Made by a program: the position numbers and the translations under genes. Positions 35,101 through 50,547 of a stretch of 64,000 nt of DNA are shown one piece after another (the first letter of the stretch is position 1; each line of letters begins with the position of its first letter). Under the pieces are notes generated by a model. That model searched no databases. It saw nothing but the letters and a program-made list of their open reading frames with translations, and was not told the DNA's origin. Source of the DNA: Trichoplax adhaerens (Eukaryota > Animalia > Placozoa); the NCBI RefSeq assembly GCF_000150275.1, contig NW_002060945.1, positions 4,513,397 through 4,577,396 of the forward strand, read 5' to 3'.

Positions 35101-37734
35101 CTCGACATATTAAATCGTTATAAACCAAGCAGCGAAGAAGAAATTTGTGATATTTTAGTAAGATTACTAGTTGTAACATATGCTGATACAATCTTATAAA
35201 GCAACCAATTACAAAATGATATTTCTTACCTATTTCTTTTAGAATCTAATTGACGATCGGCTACAACAGGGCAATAGTGGAGTCGTATTTTCAGCAGCTA
35301 AACTATTTTTAACGTTAACAGAGTATTTTAAAGACATTCGTGATCATGTATTTCGTCGATTAAAAGGTATTGCAGTAATTTTAAGTAATAACAGCATCAA
35401 GACGAAATCTGTATGAATATATATACAATATTGCGAGCCATCTTTATAACTTACATAGTTTTAAATATTTTTTATGTGCCGTAGAACCTATCTTAACTGT
35501 AATATCAGCTGGTCGTCCAGAGCTCGCTCATGTCTGTTTAAAGCATATCGAACTTTTACTCAATCAATCCCCGCAGTTATTCAGCAATAATTGCGATAGC
35601 TTTTTCTTCAGGTAAGTATATCCGTAAAATATCATATGCTACCTTTACATATATATATGCATAGTGTTGAACTATTCTGCAATATCGTTAGGTATAACGA
35701 TCCGAATTATATCAAATTACAAAAATTAAATATTTTAAGAAAGATTACTACACCGAATAATGCAAATAACGTCATCAACGAATTAAGGTATAAATTAAGC
35801 ACATCAATACTGCTTTAACGTTAATAATGTGAAAAAAACTCTTTTTTAATGTCTTAGTAATTTCTATTTACTTCTTTATAGCTCCTATATTACCGACATT
35901 GATATTACAATTGCACGTGAAGCAATCATTTGCATGGGTCAAATTGCTTTACAAGTAACTGAATGCTGTGAATACTGCATACAAAAGTTGCTGTCTTTAC
36001 TTTCACTAGAAATTGATTTTGTAACATCTCATACCTTACGAGTAATTAAAGGTATTGTTTAGATTTGAATTTCTTCAGCTTTATGAACTATAAATTTAAA
36101 AGTATCTTTACAACTATTTCGTCAATTATCGTACCAACCCATTAGATATACTAAGAAAATATCCATGGCTAGGCGATATGGTTGCCCCAGAAATAGATCA
36201 ACTGGATGATATATCGCAAGATCCTGATGGAAAATGCGCTTTGATCTGGATGTTAGGTGAACTTGGAGAGGTTTGTAGCATTGAAACAAACACTATTACA
36301 GCATAAATTTCTAATTCATAACAATAGACAATAACATAAATTGCAGATAATAGAAAAGAGTCCGTATTTACTAGAAGAGATTATAGAAAATGTTGAAGAA
36401 GAAAGTTCCTCGGTAGTTAAGTTACACTTAATGACAGCAGCCATGAAATTGTTTTTTAAAAGACCGCCGGAATGTATTGCTTTGCTCGGTAGATTGCTCG
36501 AACATATTATAAGTAAGTTTTCTCTACTTTTAAAATTGTGCTACACGCACCGGCTTGCGAGCTTAATTATGAATTGATCCATAAACGTAAATTAATAATT
36601 ATTTGATGACTAGACGAAGAATCTGACGTGGATGTTCGTGACCGAGGATTATTTTATTACAGGCTTCTAAACCATGACATCAACAAGGTTACATAAAATT
36701 GCTGTCGATTATTTGTTTTCACTATTCGTAACATAACTTAGCTTTTATTACTTTGTATAAAATGTAGGCTGAACAAGTTATTTCTACGTCAAGAAAAGAA
36801 ATTTCAAGATTTACAGAGGATGATAATATTGATTCAAAGGTAGATCTGCGGCGTATATTTCAGTGCAAATTGCGCACTGTTGAATGCATCAACAGCGAAT
36901 AAATGATAAATCTTCATTTTAAGGATATGAAGTCATCAAGCTTCAACACTCTAGCTGTTCTATTCAATAATAAAGATTTGCATAAGGAGCTGAATGCTCA
37001 CAACCAAGCTGTGAATATTTCCTTACCAATTGAAAATATTGATCAATATCAAGTAATTATTGCAGAACTGTTACTCTAGTACGGCATTCCATCATATAAC
37101 TAGCTCGTCACATCCTGATATCGACACTGAAAAATCTTTCACAGAAAAAGGAAGATCTACCGGATATATTTTCTCTGAACTTGCAAGCTAAACTATCGCC
37201 GGCCGAATTTGAAAAACAGTGGTTTTCTATATCTCATAGGTCTGTATTTTATATATTATATCAGTATCGTTTTACATCACCGGTTTATGATTACAATACG
37301 TACGTAATTACATTATTAAAAATTTCTTGGACATTATCCTCAATATACAGCATTACAATTACATATAACTTGAAAGAAAAGAAGACTCCACAGGAATTTG
37401 AACACTATTTTACATCTTTGGGAATATTCACCATTGCAGCCAGTAAGCCTGATCAATACCCAATAAAATATTTCTTTTTTGCACAGAAGGTAAAAACTCG
37501 TAAAGCAACTTGAAGAATGACTTAAACATTAAATGTGTATTGATCATCTTCATAATCCAGTTGCAAATCGTTTTTCAGGAACCAAGCGAAGAAAATATCC
37601 TGATAGAATGCAATGCTGACTTTACCAATCTAACTGTATCTATGAACGTGAAATGTCCGAATTCATCAACGATTAACGACCTCCAAATTTTTATAGAAAA
37701 TAAGCTGCAGATAGCAAATTGGCTAGTAAATTGA
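32124..37734 (+). CDS. AP4B1: AP-4 adaptor complex subunit beta
   Basis: About 19 exons starting 32124-32155 ([11 protein letters not shown]), 33702-33825, 34272-34444 and ending 37579-37734. [85 protein letters not shown] and the appendage motif [10 protein letters not shown] are beta-4 adaptin signatures. Confidence 0.93.
32600..33610. repeat. About 100-110-bp tandem array (roughly 9 copies) in AP4B1 intron 1
   Basis: Two near-identical 108-bp units start at 32701 and 32809 (CTAGAGTAT(A/G)TATTGAACATGTGTAAATCTGCATAGTTCAAAACGTTGAAACGAGTC...); more diverged units start near 32917, 33025, 33227, 33328 and 33441. Confidence 0.85.
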
Positions 37735-37793
37735 AGAAAGCGTGAGTGATATTGTGATTTACTAAGAAATTAAACTATATTTGTCGAGTACAT

Positions 37794-40700
37794 TTAGCAT
37801 CGCGAGAGATCAAAACTTCCTTGTGGCATCGACTTTAATTTGAAGTCTTCGCTAATTAAGCGACTTTCATCAGAAAAACTTTCCACGCCATCTCTCGCTT
37901 TCGATAACTCAGCCAACATAGCTATCTGTGTTTGTAAAAGTGTTTTTACTTTATTATTTTGTAATATAGGGAATTGATCACTATCTAATATACTAAATTA
38001 CTCTTAAATTATTGACCAAATCAATCCTATTTTAAGGTTTATAATTTATTCGTTACCTTTGATGAAGTTTTCGTTGTTCTAATAAAATGTTCATATTTTT
38101 TTAACTTCTGGTTGTCAACAGTATTGTGAAATGCTTCTGCTAATCCCTACATAATTCAACACTCATTTAGGCAATTTAATCAAGCCACTTACGAAAATGA
38201 ATAAATTTTACACGCGCATGCATGAAATTGAAGATACTAACAAGGCTTTTAGAACTGCGTTTAGAATTGCTTTCAAATCCCACTGAATTCGTTGTAGATT
38301 GCTGACGACTTAGTGAAATACTGCCAGTACTAGTTGATCTTATTCCCGCACATAATATGCATACAAATTGCCTTGAGGGTAACGAAATTTCTAAACATTT
38401 GATATGGAACATGTGACCGCAGCTACATTTATGGTAATGGAATATTTGAAAAAAAAAAGAAGTCGTAAGATTACATATTATCTTACAATCATACAGTAAT
38501 ACCGTAAAAGCGATAACTCAAAGATTAAGCTTACTTAAAAACAGCCGCTTCATCATCAAGCCGTTCTTTATCAGATAAAAGTGTTCGCCTGCAAATCTCA
38601 CAAAAAAATCGACCAGGTTGAATGCCTTTTTTGTTATTGACCTCAAAACTTCTCAATGAAGTATAGAGATCTTGCGACAATAGTTTAATAGTTGATGTCA
38701 ACAATGTCTACAAGAATGTAATACAGATTTAAAAATTAAAAAATAACACTCAATCACTCAGTAGAAAATTGATAGATCTTACTTCCTCGTAAATATACGT
38801 ATCCAACAATCCTAGTATTAAGGATTTAATGTCTCCAAATTTGCTATTATAAGAAGAGTCCTATACGTATTTTAAATCGGAATAATAAATTGTAAAATAC
38901 TTGCTCTAAATGACAAATCAATGTAAATATATATTTATATAATGAGTTACCATCATAATTTTTCGAAGAACTTGCGGAATCGAAATAAAACCCATCATGT
39001 TATTTAAAACAATATTTGCCATATTCATAAAGACTTAAAATAAGAAATAGACAGATATCGACGTTAATAATTTTGTTAATAATGCTAACCATATATCACT
39101 AAATAATAAAAGATCGTATCCGACTTACCTTCAATAGAATCTTGGCTAAAATTTTCCTTTATTGCCTGGGGTACAAGCACAACATCCAGTAATTCAAACC
39201 AAATAGCCTAATACATTAGTGAAGGCAATATATAGCTTTTGACGGATATATTTCATATTATAAGTTTTGTAGCTTGGTATAAAACAATAGTCTTACCTCT
39301 CGTCGTGCTTGAACAATTTTATTAGAACCTCGTTTGCAGAATTTTACAATGGCATGTAACATGCTTTCCGTTTGAGTGATAGATTGATCTAATTTCAGTT
39401 CATCGAGAAATCATTATACTTCACGAAACCGTTTACTTATCTATTAAGGCTTCTTGTGTATAATCTTAATTAAAATCTCTCGTTCCCCTATTACAACAAT
39501 CTTAATATCCATCTATTCGTCTAAATTACCCATATTTTCTCTTGAAAGATTGCCGACTCTGCAGGCTTTCGTTAATTCCGAAAACTTTTCGTTAAAATCC
39601 TAATATTCCAGAGGGCAATATAGTTGACATATTTATACATATCTAGTCTATACTGGTATTTTATTGACATAAATTTACTAAATACATACCTTAATAATTA
39701 AGTGAAATGCTTCTTCAATTTCTCCAATAAGTTCAAGTAAGTAAGCCGTAGCGTTCATTACCTTGAACTGACGACATATCTAGATATGAAATATAACACA
39801 GTCAATATAGTCATTATCAGGTTTTAAATCCCATTTAAATCGCTGTTACCTTTAGTGCAACTTCCGGTCGGTATCCTTCTATAGCTTTTAAATGTGGATA
39901 AACATCACCCGGATTATATCTACATAATAACTCGATATATTTTTCATGAGACTCAGGATCAGATACGATGTCGGATTTCGTAGCCAAAACACCCGTACTG
40001 AATATACCAAATAACATGTTAGAATAGAATTTAATGTGCTCAAATGTAAAGATCCTGCTATAAGATATAATACAATAACACTAACTTCCCATTATAAATA
40101 CCATCCAATAAACTAAACAGAACTTTAGACTCTCCCTGAATAAGACGAATCGATGTGAGGATACTCGTGGATAATAACATACCAAAAAACATAACTTAAA
40201 ATCGCTCTAAATACAAACCATTAATTGTATCATAAGAGTAGGTAAATCAATCTTAAAATCAACAGCAAGCAAGCGCGCTGCAGCTATATTGTCTACACTT
40301 AATAAATCCTAAAAAAGAAATTAACTTCAGTTATTTCTAGAGCTACTATAATGAAGAAGTAACATCATAAGTGTACCTCAATATGTGCAAGTACAATTTT
40401 TTTCATCTCAACTCTATCGAACTCGATAATTTTTTCATCTTGAAGAAAGCCATTGATATAATCAAATACTAAATCCTGGGTATTAAGATACATTTATATC
40501 AATTATATGTAATTAATGAAGATGACTAAATAAAAATCCTTTTGAAATAACTCTTACACCTCATAATCTTTTCATACCTTACGACTATCGTCTCTCCAAT
40601 AGCATGATAATACATTAGCCAATTGTCCTTTTTGCTCATATATAACCTGACATACCTGATAGCTAATGGAATACAATTACAATATTTATGGTACACCATG

Positions 40701-43700
40701 CATTTCCCTACCTACTTATTTAATCAAATTTGCAGAATACGTACAATCTAGCACTCTCTGCCAGATAAAGCAATTTTTCTTCGTTATACTGCCGTAGACA
40801 ACCACTAACTAGCAGATCCAGCAAAGCCTGTGAAGATACTATCGTAAGTACTTACAATTAATTACTAATAATAATTTGCTGAATAGATACCTGCTGACGT
40901 TCCTCCATTCTAGTCTTATCCATAGCATTACATAAATACTCTAAGACCTAAGATTTGTTCGAGATAAGTAGATTTAAATATCAGCTTCACTAAAGTTGTA
41001 AGTCCTCAATGTACTGTACTGTAATTTTTAATTACTCACCTGATCAATAAGATGGCTGCTTATTATAATGTTAGATTGTGGTTTTGCAACTTGTCGAGCT
41101 ATAAATGTAAACAGATTCCTAATTTCTTCCACCTAGACAAATTTTAATTTAAAAGTACTGAATAAAAATTTGCAACACGTGCAGATGAATGTACAAGGTA
41201 AACAAGGTACTTACATTACTCTGCGTAGGCTCAAGCATCACTTCTAGTAAGATATCAATAACAAGTTGCCGTCCATCAATGGCTCTATGAAAATTCAATT
41301 AAGAAATGAGGTGTTAGTATACATCAAGCTATCAATCCCATAATTATCCTGCACTATCTCTGACATACACAAAACCACTCTCATTAATCCCAAAGTCCTC
41401 GTCTTCAAATGCCTGACAATTTTAATTAAAATCAACAATTAATACCACCTATTTATTATTAACCAGCAAACTTATGAAGAGTAAACTTACTAAAGCCAGA
41501 ACGTTAAGAAATTCACGGGAATCGAACTTTAAGAAAGTACGAAAGCGTGGGTATGATTTCCTTTCTAGATAGTTTACGCGTATTGATAGTGACAAGATCA
41601 AGATTGACATCAAAATTGACATTATAATTTAGCTATAAAACACCGTACCGTTGCGATCATCTACTGTTTTCAAGATCAAAAAGTGAAAGACCTGAAAAAT
41701 ACATCAGCATTCAATTACTTACTTTCGAAAAGATCAAGTAGTATACTGTATATCTTACAACTCCCAATTAAACTTAAAATACCTGACTCTTCACAATCTT
41801 AGCCAGATCATCGTCAATTGTACCAACCGGATAGGCTCTACCAGCAAGGCATGAGCTTATTGTACCATAAGAAGTATTAGCAAGGATTAACCAATGTTAA
41901 GGGCATTAAATGAAATACTAAAACTACATCAATAATTATTAATTACCTAATAAAAACGAGCAATTTGTAGCCAATTTCACATTCTTTATCTAAAATGAAA
42001 GCTCCCAATAAATTTTACTCTAATAATAGAACATGATACAGTTGGTAAATAGTTTACCCGTTAAAATTGGTACTCCAGAATTCAATTTGTTCCGAATAAT
42101 CTTGTATAATTCCTGAATATAAAATAAAAGTATAAAAGTGTGTCATAACTTTGAATCTAAACACCAAACTAAAATGTTAGATGTACCTCCACTGGTGTCA
42201 TGTAATCCTTTAGTCCTTGAGCGTATACGTAGATGATTGCATCATATAAGCCGTACGTCCAACATAGATTCACAATCTGTGCCGAATAAATCAGGCAAGA
42301 TTATTAGTTCACAGTGTCCGAAGTCACGATGAAAGCGTATATTAAGAAGTGAGTAATATAACCTGATGAAAATCCATTGATGTTACTTGTAGATGAAGTA
42401 TACACTGCTCAACTCTATCCAGCATTTCTCTGTTTTGATAATATTCTATAAAAGGTAAAGAAAAAATTATTATAAATGTCACTTGAAGCTGAAAGAAAGT
42501 ATCTAAAACTTGCCTACAAAATCTTTCATCACAATTGGACTAAGACAAACCAACCTGAATAAGAACGAAGGTAAAGATATTAGGAACAGCAAACTACAGT
42601 ACTGTACGCACTATAAGCAGAATTTAGAACAATATTACTTATCAGCCAATATATAAGGTTCCATGCTTTCCAAAAATAATTCCTGATACTGAACGCTGCC
42701 AATAAACCTTCCATAGATCTCTCCAAATAGGAAATCACTGCAGAGCGAATAAAATCGAAATCAACTGAATATTAAACACTTGACTTTTCTGTCATGAAGA
42801 TGTAGACATACGTTCGATTTATCATTATGCAGTAGTCGAGGCATGTTGGTAAAATATGATCCTATATAGTAATAAAAGGCACATTACCACTCTGTCAGTG
42901 CAATACGAATTTGAAATTGATATAACTCTATCTTACCGCAAAATACAACTCAGTATCTGTCCCTTCAACAGTTTCTTGATGAATAAACTGTAGTGCAGAA
43001 TCGACAAACTGCGAGAGCAACTTGATTATCTGTAGTTAATAGTTGTCAAAATAGTTTGTATCATTTGTTATAATTAAATCGATGGTGATATGGCATTGTT
43101 ATATCAATACTGTTGTTTAGAGCTACGAATAATCTAATTTATTAATGAGAATAATCGAATTATAGCATCCTTATACCTCATCGGCAATAATAGCCTGTCT
43201 TTGTTCATCATTACTTGGTAAGCCTGTAATTAATAGCGCAACATTTCGATAACAGTTTAGATCACTGCATAATGTTGAATACGCAAATTCTGAAATAGAA
43301 ATTACTTTTCAACTTCCTACCTATAGTACATTTGGCTCTGTCGTCATAGAAAGCTAAAGCCTGTGCTAATGCCTCTGAATATTTATTTAGTTCTACGAAA
43401 TAATCTATCCTCTATAGAGCAAATAATATCAGATTAAGTAAAATTGAATAACAAATCGTAATATAATTTCATTAATTACCTCTTTCCAAGTTCTCAATCG
43501 AAGAACGTAAATAGCCTGAGACAAGTGTTTTTTACAAAATCAATATAGCATTAACGTGAATATCTTTTAACACTATATATAACCATTAGTAGATTTTATT
43601 ATATTCCATATTACCTTAGTGCCTGCAAGCGCGATCTCTCCCCGAAACGAAACGACAGTGCTAAAAAATGCTCGCCTATGACAGGCAATCTATGCAAATA

Positions 43701-46700
43701 AAATCAAAAATTTTACGCGAAATTAATCAACCAAAATCTTTCAAAAATACTAAATTTAATAAAAATATTATACCAATCTCTCACTGATCCCTTCTACTGA
43801 CGTGGAAGATCGTAAATAACTCGGCGTAACTAACTCTATAGCAGCGGTGTCAATAATCTAAAAAAGTTTGATCGTATATAAATTATATTATTATATATAT
43901 ACATATATATTTCTATATTCGTGACAATCATCCCTACTATAAGTTACCCACCTCTAACTGCTCTTCTGATTTTATATAAATTACTCGAGCCTTACGATTA
44001 ACATCAACTATTACTAATAAATGAGGCGTCATCCACTAAATTAGATGAAGAAGGCGCAATAAATGTGAGTAGCGGAGCAATCTACAATTACTAAAAATAA
44101 AGTTAATGAATTTAAATTAAAGTACATGGATAGTCGATAACTTGACGGGTAATCCAAGTTTCTTCAATTGGAATAATCTGATGTGATATCTGTCATCAAG
44201 AACAATCTATCGAAATAATAACATTATATCAAGCATAGTACGAGTACATCAATTACAGTATTGACCAAGCAATTAAACCACCTGATAAAATACTATCATT
44301 TGGCCCCTTCCGACGGCTAAGACCTATTATTTATTACAATCGATTAAAAATTAATTATTTTCTAATAATACTGAGCTGGTCTTAAGTGAATACTTAAACA
44401 ATAAACTAAATTCATAATACAGTATACTGTAGATTGTAGAATGTTTACAATTTCTGTCAACATACCGGCTCCATAACTTCACTATTTCCATCAGTTTTAA
44501 TTAAACTAAACTGCCAAGATAAAGCTGGTATATCATCCTCATTAGCTTTAATAGGAATTGTAAGCAACACTTTAGGCTCAGGCTTTAGAGCTACAAATAC
44601 GATCTAAAAGAAAAATATAGCGTTAGCTACCTCCTATTTCCATGAAAATATCGTATCTGTTAATTTTTAGCTTATTCAATCAGAATAAATTAGCACCAAA
44701 AAAGAAACATTCGTACTCGCAATAATGTCGTCATAGCAACAATTTGTAGATTGCTAGCTCGGTGATTTTTTCTTTTCTCCTCTATGTGTAAGGGTTCCAG
44801 GGAACAAACAGTGGCATCACTGCGTGATATTTAAATTAGTCGCTTGTTAAAATCGAACGTGATCGAGAGATACTTTAATATATTCCGATAATTATCTAGT
44901 GCTATCATGGTGGAAACAATACCTTCCATCTACAATAATTCTTTTATTGTAACCACGAATCCCCATTTTACGGCTAAACATTAAGTACATGATCAGATAG
45001 TAGCAACAATATGAATTACGATCATCTAGGACAGCCTCTCAACTACTCACGTAAATGACAAGGTATATGCAGACCCGCTTGCATCACTAAATATGGCTAG
45101 AGTTGGGTCATCCGTAAACTAAAATCGAAAGAAGCAATGATGTGAGAGCAAATCTAACTTGAAATACTTACACAATAATAATAATAAATGCTATCAACCT
45201 TTAATTGTAAAACTGTTAGAGGAGGGTGAGCGCTTGTTAAATTTCTTATAATTTCCCCTTTTTGAGTATCCCACATAAAAATCTAAATGGTTTTAAAATA
45301 GTTTTCATGAATTTTTAGTATACGGTATTACTTATGCCCATAAGCGCTAAGAGAAGAACACTAATTAAAGCAAACCTGCCCATTCTGATAACCAGTTAAC
45401 AACCTTGATCCATCAGTATTAAAATCAACGGCAGTAACTGACCCTAAATGTATTGCTAGAAAGTAACAGAAGAATTGGTATACGAGTACACAACAATGAA
45501 ATGGAAGGATACGACTATTTAAATATACCAGATTTTTTCCCTCCTAGAACATGCTTTAAGTTTTCACGTAGATCAAAGACTAAAGTTAAACCATTCATTG
45601 TTCCAATTGCAACCAGAGATGACAACGCCTAAATAAGTTAATATTAAGAACAATCTATAGAACTTTACTCAGCTCAACACATTGCTCAGTTAACAATAGG
45701 TCAACAGTCATTGTTTTTATATACTGTACTCACGACGACAGTAGGTGCTCCAACTTTCTGTACTGACTATAAATTGAGAGAGTGTTGAATTCATGTTTAA
45801 TCATGTAAAGCAATATGGTAATGAAGTGAAAACGATTTTGCAATAACGATATTTCAATTATATCTATATTACCGATTTTTTGCATATTTGAGCAGTTAAA
45901 GTCTGTAACTTAGACACTTTGACAATTGAACCAGAGACATCATGCTTGACCAATAACTTTTTTCCATGCCTTTTAATAACAATTTTTTAGTTATCATTTA
46001 ATTCAATTTTAAAAGGCAAAAATCTTTAACCATTACTTTATCCAACAGAATATTGTATGCTGTCTACAAGTACATACGATTTATGTCTCCGACGCGAATC
46101 AAATGGAGCAGCAGATGTGCTTGCTCCAGATTCTGAATTGCTATGCCCAGATTTAGCAGACTGATTATCAGAAGTTTCTGATCGAATATCAAATCCTAAC
46201 TCATCTGTAAGGAAAGGATCATCCACTGACTAATAATATAAAAGCTTCAATTAGACAACATTTATGCTTGTACTCCTTAGTAATAAAAACTATATTCAAT
46301 TCCGTATTTACTAATACAGACTATCTAGTAATAGAATTAAAAGTATCATGAGAGTAATTATGAAATCTATAAGGAAATAATGTAGCCTACAATACAGATG
46401 GAGGGAAAGTTCTGATCATAGATCTGAGATGTTATCTCTATATTATTATAATACGAATAGAAGTCCAGAAAATACCTCATTTAGTATACTATCCAATGTA
46501 GGCAAATCTTGCATCGCCGGTAACTCAGCCTCAAAATCATCTGGAGCCTATATGAAAATAGTGGATATTCCTTTAGCATCATATACGAGTATTATTCTAA
46601 GCTTCTTCATTAAATTAATGATGTAATCAACTACGGTCGGTACAGCAATTACAAATACTTTCTCCGTAACAAACATCACATACGATTACTTCGATAATTA

Positions 46701-47231
46701 TATTACTGTATCGGATATTTATTTCATACGTAAATAATATTATATTTGCAAGATCATTCATTCATTAAAAATAGTACTTTGGTAAGTCATCGATTTTTAA
46801 TTATTAATAAACAATCACATGCGCAATAAGAATAATCCTGTAATACTGTACCTGTAAGATTGAATCTAAAGACGGCAAATTGTCAACCTGTTGTAAATCT
46901 GATTCAAAATCTTCTGGCTGTTTATAAAATGCATAAAAAAAAATTATCAAATTTCAATCTTAGCAAAACTTGCAACCTAGATCAATTCCTACTGGACTTT
47001 GAGCTAACTTACAATATCATCGTCTGCTTCCAATAAAGAGGTCAGGTCAGAAGCAGGGTCGTAAGTTGTCGTAGTTGTTCCTCCAGCTGAAATAGCTAAA
47101 CTAGCCACATCGTTTTCAAGATCGATTAAAAATGGATCTGCTTCGTTAGACTCTTGAAGAATCTCATCAGCAGTCTGCAATTCTTCTTCTGAATTAAAGT
47201 AATCTTGACTGAAATCGGGCAAAGCAGTCAT
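37794..47231 (-). CDS. VPS8: Vacuolar protein sorting 8 (CORVET subunit): acidic N terminus, beta-propeller, alpha-solenoid, RING-H2
   Basis: About 50 short exons. Motifs LPTLDSILNE, VAIGTMNGLTLVFD, VKFTDDPTLAIFSDASGS, LFLESMEPYIL, LYDAIIYVY, KLLVFISSCLAGRAYP, YPRFRTFLKFDSREFLNVLALAFED, HEKYIELLCRYNP, and C-terminal FCEIC..CGHMFHIKC..CILC. Last exon 37925-37794 ends FDLSRC-stop. Confidence 0.93.
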
Positions 47232-48021
47232 GGTGGCCGTCTTATTTCATTATTTTCACCTTCGATCAGCTGGCAATCCACTCCTCTGCCTCCTTGTACT
47301 CGGTACTGTACACTGTACAGTGTACAGTACTGTACAGTATGCAGTATACTGTACAGTACAGTACAGTACTGTAGTACAGAATCGGTAGATGGAGATCTTA
47401 CTACAGTGTACAGTACAGACTAAGTACAGTACAATGTACATTCCAAATACTGTTCGGACAGATGGACTTTTCTTTACCAAATGAGGACGCAAATATCGAA
47501 AAATGGCTTGCTTAGTATGGATCTTTCGTGTTTGTTTTCTAAATCACTGGTACTAAATTTAGATACCATTTACAATCTTATGTAACTATTTCCGAGCAGA
47601 ACTTAATAATGGATAATAGTAGTACTGTCATAAAGAAGTGTTTGAAACAATATTTTAACGAGATGAAGCGGAATAGGTCTGTCCGTCCAAGAGTGATCAG
47701 TCCAGGTCTTCTTCTAGTTTCCATGGTACAGTGTACTGAACTGTCGCTTCATAACACTGGACTGTATTGACTGAACACATTAATGCCGCCTCAACCAGTG
47801 TTATGCGACAACAACGTACAGTACTGTGCACTGTGCAGCAGTCCTGATACTTTACACTGTACAGTACAGTACTGTACTGTACTATACGGTGGACAGTACT
47901 GTACTGTCAGGGTTACAGAAATGTTATTTTAAAATACTCGCAAGTTTGAATTTACTACAATTATAAATTATATTATATATTGTACAGTATAGGCAGTCTA
48001 GAAATTAGCTAAATTACCAAT
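47232..48021. promoter_or_regulatory. 790-bp bidirectional promoter region VPS8 (-) / ZNF330 (+) with CAGTA/TACTG tracts near both ends
   Basis: Divergent ATGs at 47231 and 48022; microsatellite blocks at about 47295-47440 and 47815-47910. Confidence 0.6.

Positions 48022-50547
<2,526 letters not shown>

Noticed and set aside
45505-45513. GTATCCTT U12-type donor-like word on the VPS8 strand
   Set aside because: It lies inside an intron already explained by a canonical GTATAT donor, and extending the exon to it hits an in-frame TAG.
47205-47492. ORFs on both strands upstream of VPS8 (likewise 63657-63941)
   Set aside because: Microsatellite-derived low-complexity translations.
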